64,000 nucleotides of DNA, from positions 15,004,001-15,068,000 of the forward strand of contig CP158635.1 in the NCBI GenBank assembly GCA_050273025.1, given 5' to 3'. Position 1 is the stretch's first letter. Each line of letters opens with the position of its first letter. The DNA is from Cenococcum geophilum (taxonomy: Eukaryota). Both the position numbers and the translations under genes were made by a program. The notes under the pieces were generated by a model, which did no database searches, was not told where the DNA came from, and saw nothing but the letters and a program-made list of their open reading frames with translations. Below are positions 1-10,724 of the stretch, piece by piece.

Positions 1-810
1 TAGAGCTTTTAGTAGAGCTTTTGTAGAGGTTCGTACGGAGGTTCGTGCAGAGCTTTTGTAGAGCTTTGATAGAGCTTTGAGTAGAGCTTTGGTAGAGCTT
101 CGAGTAGAGCTTTAAGTACGGCTTTAATAGAGCTTTAAGTAGAGCCTTAATAAAGCTTTAAGCAGAGCCTTAATAAAGCTTTAAGCAGAGCCTCTTGTTT
201 TTGAAGGCCTTATAAACGACTTTATAGAGGTTTAAGTAGAGGTTTGTATAGGCGTTCGTGTAGGTGTTCGTGCAGGCATTCGTGCAGGCATTTGTACAGA
301 CGTTTGTATGGACGATTGTATGGGCGATTATAGACGTTTGTAGAGACGTTTATAGACGTTTGTAGAGACGTTTATAGACGCTCGTAGAGACGTTTATACA
401 GGCGTCTAATTAATTGTATGGGCGTTCGTACGGGCGATCTTGTAGACGTATTGTAGAGCCGTTTGCAGAGCCGTTTATACGGACGATCATATAGGCAATT
501 GTAGAGACGTTCGTAGAGATAATTGTGAGACTTCCTAGTATATTGGTGCTGCGTATTAGTAGAGCTTTAGAGCTCCGTATAGGGCTTCGAGCAGAGCTTC
601 GAGCAGAGCTTTAAGGGGGAGACCCCCTTGGACCCCCCTGCGTACTGCGTGGTCTATTTCACTGCGTGGCTAGTACACTGGGTGGGTAGAGGTGTTGTAA
701 AGTCTTTTAGTAGAGCTTTTGTAGAGCTTTGTGTAGAGCTTCGTGTAGAGCTTTTGCAGGGCTTTGGTAGAGCTTGGTGCAGAGCTTGTAGAACTTTGGT
801 AGAGCTCGAT
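1..810. repeat. Degenerate 12-bp minisatellite arrays (GTAGAGCTTTxx / GCAGAGCTTCGA and GTAGAGACGTTT types), part of a non-autonomous element running off the left edge
   Basis: Periodic 12-mers are visible. 520-570 (aattgtgagacttcctagtatattggtgctgcgtattagtagagc) matches the reverse complement of ~17011-17057 inside the 16216-17737 element. Confidence 0.8.
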
Positions 811-1199
811 GTTTTGAAGTTCGTTACGAGGATTCTGCCACAACTTACCGCGCGCACTTTTTTTCTAACCAATGAGAAGCCGGCTTGGCGGGAGTTTGAA
901 ATCCAGAACCCGAAAATATAGACCACTCGTACCTCGGGTCAATAAAAGATGCCCAAAAAATCAATCGCCTCTACAACGGCAGCAACATCGATCCGGCTAT
1001 ATAGCCAATCCTCCCTATATATTATTATATGTATATAAAACAGCTCCTAAAGTAGGAGATCGCGGCTCGCAATAGCACCAAAGTTAGAGGCTAAATTAAA
1101 AATTTAGGTAGGACTTATCGCTCTATTTAAAAGTCAGCAAACCAAATTAAATAGCGCAATCTCCGGTTAAGTCCGAACTAGTATACAATTTCCTTATTA

Positions 1200-1912
1200 G
1201 GAAAGGTTATTTTCTGCGTTTAATAAAGCCGTTATGGTTTTAGCTTCGTATACACTATAAGGCTGCGATAATATTAGGCCGCATTTATAAGCAATAAGGC
1301 TTAAGCATATCACCTAGCTTACTAAATAATTATTCGCAGTTATAGCTTAATGGTAGTATACTTAGTATATTAAGCGCCATTTAACTAAGGTTAGGAAACT
1401 CTATTACTATTATCCTCTAATATAAGAATAGATTATAAGCTAATAGGCAATCTTCTATTAGTAGATTAAGTTTCTTTTACTACTTATACTCATCTTCTTA
1501 ATTATTAGATAAGGAGGGTGCTATAGTAAAGGCGGTGCCTATAAAGCTTCTAATAAAGTTATTAATATTAGATTGCAAAGGCTAATTTTTCTTAGAGGCT
1601 TACCTTGCCAACTATAGCTTCTTTTCTTTATACTTAAGCCAGAGCTTTTAAAAGGAAGCGTTATAGCTAGTTATCTAATTAAGCCTCTTTTTCTAGTTAT
1701 TTTAACAGAATTACTTAAGGTTAGGGTATAGTAGGCAAGCTATATAATAGATAGGCGTCTAATTAAGCGCTATATAGTATTTTTAAAGCTTCGCCTACTC
1801 GCGATTAATATTAATTTTATAGTAATTCTTAATTACCTCTTAATTAGGATAATCTTCCGTCGTTACCTTAGTTAATCGAGCTTTAGCTTCTTTATAGTGC
1901 CTTATTAAAAAC
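1200..1912 (-). pseudogene. hAT transposase relic, C-terminal part (dimerisation domain)
   Basis: Minus strand ~1280-1410 reads EFPNLS*MALNILSILPLSYNCE*LFS, a RIP-degraded form of the hAT motif FPxLSxMALDILSIPxxSxxCERLFS. Confidence 0.8.
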
Positions 1913-2393
1913 TCTATCTATTATTTACACGCTTGCGGAGAAGAGGATTAAGAATTAATCTGATTGGTGGGTACGGGCTTAAAGGCATTAATTGAGAATG
2001 GGTATATTCGCAAGGCCATTTACAGGGGATTACCCTGCCTTAACTAAACGTGATGCCCATGGACCCATACGCAAGTATATTACTGCAGTATCTATTTATA
2101 AAGCCCAAAATATATAACTAAAGAAAAGGTGTAGGTGGGAGGGAAAGCAAGTAAGCAAGGCTTAATTTTGTGAATGTTGATGATATTAGTGTTGCTAAGA
2201 TGTAGGGGTGCTGTAGTACTTGCTTAGCCATATAGATATATCTATCTATTATTTACACGCTTGCGGAGAAGAGGATTAAGAATTAATCTAATTGGTAGGT
2301 ACAGGCTTAAAGGTATTAATTAAGAATGGGTATATTCGCAAGGCTATTTACAAGGGATTGCCCTGCCTTAACTAAACGTAATGCCCATAGACC
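1913..2393 (-). repeat. Ngaro 3' split repeats B2 / A2 / B1
   Basis: The 153-bp B copies at 1913-2065 and 2241-2393 are near-identical. The ~100-bp A2 at 2143-2242 matches 8410-8509. Confidence 0.92.
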
Positions 2394-2519
2394 TAGAAGC
2401 GCAGCGCCCGTACTATATAAGGTAGAGTAGGGGAAAAAAAAAAAAGAAAAAAGGGGGGGAAGGAGAGATTTAAGTTAATATATTAGCGTGCCAAAATAGG
2501 CACTCCTACACGCTATTAT

Positions 2520-3560
2520 GCCTAAATACCTTCGCCCATTATATCTAGGGCGAGTAATAATAAGAACGGTATTAGCGTTTCACGTTAGAAGTTTATACTT
2601 AGCTAAAATAGGTCTTTTAGGGATAATAAATAGTAAAGCTAGAACGCTTGTGAGGACCACCGGCTTAGTTACTATATTTGGCCGTCTATAAAACCGTTAT
2701 CTTAAGCGTATTAAGCAGCGCCTTTCTAAAATAAGTGTCCGTTATAGAGCTTAGAGTAAAGGCCAAGAGCGGTAACTCTATACTTTAGCTTATTCCTAAC
2801 CGCGTAGCTTATAAAGGCCAATCTCTTAAAGCGAAAGAGAGGGGCGTTTCTAGGTTGGGGGTTGTTTTAAAATAGGTGTTTTATAGCTTGAACTGCGCAT
2901 TTAGGTTACCCTAAAGCGGCAATTATAATTAAGACTCCTTAGTAATTAATATCCGTTTTACTACGCTTTAGACGTAATATTATATAGTCCTCTACTAACG
3001 TTATGTCGTTTCTAGTATATTTTATAGTAGAGAAGGCATAGCTATCTTTCTAAGCCTTAGTATAGGTAATCTCGCCTAAATAAAGGAATCCTGTAAAGGC
3101 CGTAGTAACGGCAGTGTTAAAGTTAAGATCCTTAATGGATTGGGCATTTAGGGTAACTAATTAGGCGAGGATATCTTTAGTAATTAGCAATCTTTTAGCC
3201 GTAGTAGAGGGATTTATAGATGTTGCACCGTCTAGGATCCTCTTAATAATAGGATTATTAAAGACGGAGGTGTTATAATTAGCGTTAATATAGTGGGATT
3301 AAATTATAGAGACATAGGCTTAAATTATAGTAGGCTTAATACGGCTTATTCCTAGACTAGTATTACTAAAGATCCGTTAGGTAATCTATTCTCCTAGGTA
3401 GTAAAGGGGCGCTAGGTACTTTACCGCTTTATAAAAGTCATAGTAGCCCTCCCAACTCTTAATTACGGGATAGTATAAATCTCTCGTTCTATCGGAGAGG
3501 CCGTGCCATAATAGTTAGCCGAAGTATTCTAAGGGGGCTTTTACCTTAATCCAGAAATTA
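2520..3560 (-). pseudogene. Ngaro tyrosine recombinase relic
   Basis: Minus strand reads GHLF*KGAA*YA*DNG (~2695-2745, the GHSFRxGAA motif) and SRWSSQAF*LY (~2630-2668, the GRWxSxAxxxY motif containing the catalytic Tyr). Confidence 0.85.
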
Positions 3561-4940
3561 GGTAGGGGGTCTTTAAGAGGGACTAGGTCTCCTATTTCGG
3601 CGTTAGATTAAATATAATAAAGAAGCATATAGTAATAGTAAATTAGAAGTATCCTAATGCGGGTATAGTAATAATACCCTATTACGATTAAAATAAGATA
3701 GAGCATTAGCTAGCCTATTTTTTATAGAGGAAACCTACTCTATATAGAGCGTAATATTATAGGCTGCGGCTAGTTAGAGGATCTTACGGAGCGGGTAATT
3801 ACCCGGTTTTTTTACCACTATATTTTAGAATCCTAAGAGTGCTATTATATTATCTATATAGATATAAACTAAGCTATACTCCTACTGCGTTATCTAGAGC
3901 TAGAATAAGGTTATAATTGCTTAAACCTCCTACTTATTAATTAGGGTAAGGCGGTATTCTACATTAGGGTAGCAGCTTAAAGAATTGTCTTAGGGTAGAG
4001 ATACCGAATAGGGCGGCCATATTGTCCCTTAAGAATCCTTAAGGAAGAAGAAGGCCCTATAACTAAGAATCCTGGATATATTTAAGAAGAGATAGAATTA
4101 TTTTTAATCTGTATTGTTAAAGAAGAGGATACTATTTAAAAGGGTAAGAGTATTCCTCTACCATAATAAGTCTTGGCGAAGTTCAGCTATTAGCCGTTAG
4201 CGAGGATAACTACTTACCTTTATAAAAGTGGAGATAAACTCCTAAATAGAGTGGTTATATAAACGCCTAAGCCTAATTACCTAGGCGCTCTAAGCGAGTT
4301 TATTAGCCAGTTTTTAACTCTAAACTAGCGTTAGGGATCTACCACTTAACGCTTTATTAATCTCCTTAATTATAGTGGCCTGTTTTAAAGGAGAAAGACG
4401 TAGCTTAGACTTTAGAGTATCTATAATATAACCTAGAACTTTAGCTATAGTGCTTTCAATATTCTTTAATTCGTTTTATAGGATGCCTAATTTATCGCTT
4501 AATTAGTTATATATACTAAGCAATTAAGGGAGGATAGAAGTATTAGAGAGTATAAAGATAAAGTTATCTAAATAGTGCCTTAAGGCGGCGTTTGGGATAT
4601 ATTAAATAAGTATCTAGTAGAATCCCTCTATAAAAAGATTAAATAAAAAGGATGCAGTTCGAAGGCCGAATAAGAGGCAACATTTAAAATACACTATACC
4701 CTTCTAGGAGAACCCTATAAGGCGTTAAGCTTTAATAGAAAGTAGGATATTCTAAAAGGCGTCCTTAATATCCCTCTTAACAATTATATAACTATGGCCT
4801 ATATATATAACGTGTTAGAGAACCTAATCAACTATTAAATATTATAGTGTGGCGAATACTATAGGGATTAAGTCGTTAATAGATCGGCTAGATAGTAAGG
4901 ATAAGTTATAAATACGGCGCTATCCCCTATCTACTTTAGG

Positions 4941-6791
4941 CGGACAGGATCCGGACAGTAACTCTTGGCAGTAACTTTACTGTCCGAATCTTTTGCCAAG
5001 TTTCATTCTGCCGGTGCAAAATTAGTGGCTTAGAGCTTATTTATTAGAGTCGTAGCTTAATTTAGTACGGCTTACCCCAGAGGCGCCTCCCCCTGCGCCT
5101 CTACGCCTCTGCGCCTCTGCACCTTTATATCTCTACGTGTCTCTACACCTCTCTACCTGACACCCCATAAGACGTGCAAAGAGACGCATAAAGAGACGTA
5201 TAAAGAGACGCAAGGAGACACCGACAGAGACACCGACAGGGACACGAGTAGACGCACGAGCAGAGCCACAAGCAGAGCTACAGGCAGAGCCACGAGCAGA
5301 GCCATAAGTGGAGCCATAAGCAGAGCCACAAGTAAGACGTAGAGAGGTGTAGAGGTATAGAGGTATAAGGCGTGGAGGTAGAAAGGGGTGTTTGGAAAGG
5401 GAATATCAAAGCTGAGCCTTAATTTACCCCTGTAGATCAACTAAGCACTGTTCATCTAGACCCACTTCCTATCCCCACCGACCCACCTTCCTATCTAGGC
5501 TGCTCCCTTTACTTCTCCCTTTGCCCCCTCTGTTCCCTCTGCTTGTGGCCCTGCTCGTGGCCCTGCTCGTAGCTGTACTCGTGGCTCTACTCGTGGCTCT
5601 ACTTGTGGCTCTGCTTGTGGCTCTGCTCGTACCTCTCTCTGCTCGCGTCTCTGCCTGTGCCTTGCCCGTGCCTCTCTTACAAAGGGAGACGCGTAGCGAG
5701 AGACGCATAGAAAGAGACGCGTAGAAAGAGACGCGTAAGGAGAGACGCGTAAGGGGAGAGAGGCCCTCCTCCTGCGCCTCTACACCTCTACACCTTTACA
5801 CCTCTACGCCTCTGCACCTTATATCTCTACGTCTGTCTCTACACCTCTCTGCCTAACCCCCCATAAGACGTGCAAAGAGACGCATAAGGAGACGCAAGGA
5901 GACACGGGTAGAGACACGGGCAGAGACATAAGTAGACGCACGAGCAGAGCCACAAGCAGAGCCATGGGCAGAGCCACAGGCAGAGCCACAGGCAGAGCCA
6001 CAGGCAGAGCCACAAGCAGAGCCACAAGCAGAGCCACAAGCAGAGACACGAGCAGAGACACGAGTGGAGCCACGAGCAGAGACACGAGTGGAGCCACGAG
6101 CAGAGCCACAAGCAGAGATGTAGAGAAGTGTAGAGGTATAGAGGTGCGAGGTGTAGAGGTAGAAAGGGGTGTCTAGAAAGGGAATATCAAAGCTCAGCCT
6201 TAATTTACCCTTGTAGATCAACTAATTAAGCACTGTTCATCTAGACCTACCTCCCATCCCTACCGACCCACCTTCCTATCTAGGCTGCCCTTTTACTTCT
6301 CCCTTTGCCCCCCTCTGCTCCTCTCTCTGCTCGTGGCCCTGCTCATGGCCCTGCTCGTGGCTCTGCTCGTGGCTCTGCTCGTGGCTCTGCTTATAGCTCT
6401 GCTCGTGGCTCTGCTTGTAGCCCTGCCTGTGGCTCTGCTTGTGTCTGCTTGGACTCTGCTTGTGGCTTTGCTCGTACCTCTGCTCGCGTCTCTGCCCGTG
6501 CCTTGCCCGTGCCTCTCTTACAAAGGGAGACGCGTAGAGAGACACGTAGAAGGAGACGCGTAGAGAGACACGTGGAAGGAGATGCGTAGAGAGACGCGTA
6601 GAGAGACGCGTAGAAGGAGACGCGTAAGGGGAGATATGTACAGCACAAGAAAGAGTAAAAATAGATGACGGGAAGGCTAAAATAGGCCCTGAGTAGTGTC
6701 TTGGCTTCCTTTACCGCCTGCTGAGCCGCCGTCGATCAAAAGATTCGGACAGTAAAGTTACTGCCAAGAGTTACTGTCCAGATCCTGTCCG
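4941..6791. mobile_element. Non-autonomous TIR element, Mutator-like (9-bp TSD)
   Basis: ~55-bp TIRs (cggacaggatc[c/t]ggacagtaactcttggcagtaactttactgtccgaatcttttg) with one mismatch. Exact TSD TACTTTAGG at 4932-4940 and 6792-6800. No transposase inside. Confidence 0.88.
5085..6635. repeat. Internal tandem duplication (~5085-5765 and ~5766-6635), each copy with opposed 12-bp arrays (GCAGAGCCACAA ... TTGTGGCTCTGC)
   Basis: The unique spacer (ggaatatcaaagct...gcactgttcatctagacc) occurs at ~5400 and ~6180. The arrays on either side of it are reverse complements. Confidence 0.88.
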
Positions 6792-7099
6792 TACTTTAGG
6801 TACTAAACCTAGTAGTAAGGATATAACGGGAGACGTTACTATTATAATCCTGCCTATATCTAGATCGGCGCTAATCTTCTCTAAGATTAGGACTGTATTT
6901 GCGGCTATTAAGGCTTAGTTCTTTTAGGAGAGGAGCTTAATTTCTAGGTCTGCCCTAATTTAGTATCCGAACTTTAAGATACTAATAATATTGCGTTAGA
7001 GGTTACTAGGGTATAGGGATAGATAACGCCCCTATGCTTAAATAATTAAGGGGGAGGGAGAGTCCTGTAGAGGAGAGGAGGGTAGGAAAACTAGAAATA

Positions 7100-8340
7100 A
7101 TGGTATAGTATTTAGCCTACCTGTACTATAAGGGTGGAGCACGGTTTTAGTGGAGTATAGGTATAGCTTAATAAAATCCTCTTCCTCCTCTTCCTTTTCC
7201 TTATTAATACTTTCCTCTAGTAATTGCTATTTATAATTCCTCGCAGTATACGGGCCTCCGCACTTACTATAGGTATATAGGAACTTGTAATCCTTACCTA
7301 GGTCACACTTCCCTTTATTAAAGCTATAATAGGTCCTTAAGATATTAGTACTTACTTACGCACGTTTTAAGATAGATATAGATTTATAAGTACTGGGATT
7401 GCAATAAATATCTAGGAAGTTACTGGAGATCTTCTAGTTAGCTAGCTCTAACTAGTTCTTTTAAATAACTATAAAGTGGTGCTCTAAGGCCATAGTTATT
7501 AAGGGAGCAATTTAGTAGGTAGTAGATAGCTAGATAACTTAATTATAGAAGGTAAGTATTTAGGGAATAAGATTTACCGAAAGATTCTTATATATAATAA
7601 TTAAAATTATTATATAGTTAAGGAAGCCCTTTACCCACACTTTAACTAACGGGTAGTCCTTTATCGTCCCTTCTTTTAGTCTTATAAAAAGGACGCTGTT
7701 AATAATAAGGATATTATTTTAAGGCTTAAACTAGAGCTAGTGTATCCGGAGGCGAGAGAGGTTATTAGGCAAAAAAGTACCCTAAAATACCTTAAGTATC
7801 TCTTTATTTAGGACGCTAGGGAGAAGGGTATTTAGGATATTAGCTATATAGGGGAGCAACTTACCTAGTTTATTAATTGGGGTTAAGGATAACACTACCG
7901 TAGCTAATCTCGCTATTACTATAGTAAGGCTTAATATATAGAGTTTAGTCACCTAATCTTCCTATTCTTTTCGGATATGTAGCATTTTAGTACGGTCCTT
8001 TTGTTCCTAAAGGAGTCTTATTTTCTAGTCGGTTGCCTAGTCCTTAACCTCCTTTACCTAAGCTCTTCTAATTCTTAGGTCCTCCTTATATAGTTATTAG
8101 AGCCGTTCTTTAGCTTTTTTAGCGGCTAAAGTCTTACGTTAAGCCGTGGAGAGAGGCGCTATTATAGAGGATGGAGACTATAATGCCGGCGTATCGCCTA
8201 AAGGTGTAGGGGAAGGTAAGGGAGACTAGTAGGTAACCTCTGAGGAGTTTAGCTCGTCGAGTGTGTTATTATTGGTTAAGTTTTTAAGGGTTTTACGGAT
8301 AATTCGCGAAGGTTTAGACGAGCGTATAGGTTGTTAAGTC
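7100..8340 (-). pseudogene. Probable Ngaro gag-like ORF1 relic
   Basis: Assigned by position between repeat A1 and the RT. No diagnostic motif recognised with confidence. Confidence 0.5.
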
Positions 8341-8409
8341 ATCAACAGCAATAATTAATTATTAGAAATTAAGTAAATAAGGCATTAGCTCTTAAATAAG
8401 ACTAATATA

Positions 8410-8509
8410 GAAAGCAAGCAAGCAAGGCTCAATTTTGTAAATGTTGATGATGTTGGTGTTGCTAAGATGCAGGGGTGCTGTAGTGCTCGCTTGGCTATAT
8501 AGACATGTC
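8410..8509 (-). repeat. Ngaro 5' terminal repeat A1
   Basis: Matches 2143-2242 apart from transition differences. Confidence 0.9.
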
Positions 8510-10180
8510 CATATAAGGAATAACTTCCTATATTACGCTATTGCGCCTAGCCTTACCTCTTCCTTTAAGCTTAAGTATAGCCTGCTAAAGCGGCTTAAGA
8601 AGCTAAATATATTGTTTAATAACGTCCCAATTATAGGAAGTAAGGCCGCCGACTTATATATAAAGAGGTTAATTAAGAGGCTTTTAATATAGCTTTGGAT
8701 TTTTTCTATATTATTAACTAGACTTAATTATTACGAGCTTTCTATTTTATTTATTAATATTGTGCTATGTTATTAAGGAAATAGGGCCTTAAAGCTTAAT
8801 GGCCCGTTTAAATATTATTAAATAACTATTCTACCTAGCCTTAATAGGCTTAATAAGCTTAAGGACTTTAAAATCGGCGCGTAGTAGTATAGCGTTTTCC
8901 TCTCACTAGAAGGTATAGAACTATTTATACTTTTATAGTAAACAAATTAAATAAATAAAATTAATAAGAGTTTTAAGCGGGCCTTCCTTTTACTACTTCT
9001 CTAGAAACTGCTGCTCTTTCTATAAAAGCCTTAGTTTTAATTAAATTAATAGTAAGAGAACGCCTACCTACTGTTAAGTTCTTATTACTATTCTTAAACG
9101 TATCTTTATTAGTTCTAAATAGACTTAATTAAGCCACTAGATTAAATATATAAGTAATACACCGCACTTAATATTGCTCTTTATTAAATCTAAGCTTTAC
9201 TGCAAGGAAGTTAATACAGGTATTATTATTATAGGCGTTATCTATAATAAATTAGCCAATTTAACTACTAAGATTATATTTAGTAATAGTACTACCAATA
9301 ACATCGTGGTAGTTATAGCCGCTATATAGGCTAAGCTGCTTTAGTAGAGTAAGCATAAAATCTTAAATCTAGCCTTAATGGTTTAAATAGTAAACGTAGA
9401 TACTAGTAAGAGCCTTCTTCTTATCGCGCGTTGTCTAGCTATTAGATGATATATAAAATCTTATTATTAATCGCGCCAGTTCTTCCGTTACTACACCTTT
9501 ATTACTATTATATTTAGTAAGAACTTAACTATAAATTAACTCGTGGTTTTAGTAGAGATTAAGCTTAGCGTCTTTATTTGCGGCCGTAATTAGGGCTTAA
9601 AATTTAGGTCGCTCGACTTCTTATAGAGGGTAGTTTCCGGCGGCAATTTATAGTATAACTGCTTATTTAAAGATATTGGAGTTATAGGACTTAATAAGCT
9701 TATTAGCAACTGCTTATAATATATAATAGGTTCGTTAAATTTACTCTAAAATAGTTAAAGCCTTCTACTTTTAAGATATTGTATAATTAATAGGACCACA
9801 AGAATTAACCTAGTAGCTATTTATATCCTTAGTAAGATATTCTACTGCAGAAGTAGTAGCTCTACTAGTTTTATATAGGGTTACCTTAATCTTATATAGA
9901 TGGCAATATTTATATAAAAAAACGGTTATTTTCTTACTAAATCTTTACTAGAGCCGCTAGCTATAGTCCTATATAAAGCTTAAAGTTCTAAGGAGGTCTT
10001 AATAAGGCCGTTAATATCTCTTTATACGGTCCTAATTAAGGCCTTTATATTCGTCCTAGAGGGGGGTTAATTTTAATAAGGTATCGGAACCTTTGTAGGC
10101 TTTACTAGGCGCGATTATAGGCGTATTCTCTGCTAAATTAATAGGGCTAGCCTTAGTAGGTTGGGAAAATATAATATAGG
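8510..10180 (-). pseudogene. hAT transposase relic, N-terminal and catalytic part
   Basis: Minus strand shows a BED-finger-like YKYCH...ATTSAVEYL (~9835-9925), a degraded first catalytic DGWT block (~9430-9460), and DNAYNNN...VRCITYIFNLVA (~9130-9245), equivalent to DNAxNND...RCxxHxxNL. Confidence 0.85.
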
Positions 10181-10724
10181 CAGTATAGCGATAGGAATTA
10201 GTAAGTAAAAGAGGAGATTTTAGAGGGTTAAGTTAGAAAGACGCGTTTGGATGTTTATTTTCAGCGCGTATATTATATCACGATCATGGTATATTTTAGA
10301 ACTGTCTAAAACTTAACCACTAAGAACCTCCCCTTGACCAAAAATAATACCTATATCTTATATATCAAACGAGCAAACCAACTCAATCAAACGGGACGAT
10401 ATAGGGCTTGATTGACTACTAAAATTAGACCTTTAGGCTTGATTGGTTGTTTGATTACAAAGCAAACAAGTAAACAAACTGGCAAACGGGGTTTGTTTAT
10501 TAGCAAGTCTGGCATGGGATGTCTTCTCACGACCAGCCTTCCTCCCTCATCTTCCACCGCTTGCATGTCGTAAGCCCTCGTCGTCCTCATCGCTGGTGGC
10601 ATAAATACAACCTTCGTCCCCGGGATTGTGAAGGACGAGGATGACTGCATCACAGAGCAGATGCCCTGGGAAAGGGAAGCGAAGAGTGGTTGAACTATTT
10701 CTCCGTCCACCTGCAGGAAGAAGC

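Larger units (their letters stand above)
3560..7100 (-). pseudogene. Ngaro reverse transcriptase/RNase H relic, interrupted at 4941-6791
   Basis: Minus strand reads KRDIKDAF*NI (~4750-4780), CLLFGLRTASFLFNLF (~4635-4683) and HYLDNFI (~4557-4578, i.e. YLDDF). Confidence 0.85.
1913..8509 (-). mobile_element. Ngaro-type (DIRS order) tyrosine-recombinase retrotransposon, RIP-inactivated
   Basis: Split direct repeats in sense order: A1 (8410-8509), ORFs, B1 (2241-2393), A2 (2143-2242), spacer, B2 (1913-2065). RT and YR motifs lie inside. The element interrupts the hAT ORF. Confidence 0.9.

Noticed and set aside
628..1075. Three short ORFs
   Set aside because: They overlap minisatellite or element-terminal DNA and show no recognisable domain.
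5153..6648. Many overlapping ORFs (LLVA, RATS, CGSA, HEQS repeats)
   Set aside because: Translations of stop-free 12-bp minisatellites in all frames, inside a non-autonomous element.
8441..8692. 83-aa plus-strand ORF
   Set aside because: It spans the Ngaro A1 / hAT junction antisense to both elements; a chance ORF.
10370..10511. hAT terminal inverted repeat (...ttagcaagtctg)
   Set aside because: Plausible end with caaac-rich subterminal repeats, but no partner TIR or 8-bp TSD was found in the window, so the boundary is not called.
10387..10710. 107-aa minus-strand ORF
   Set aside because: It lies downstream of the Myb-like stop, has a non-ATG start, and runs into repetitive probable hAT subterminal sequence.
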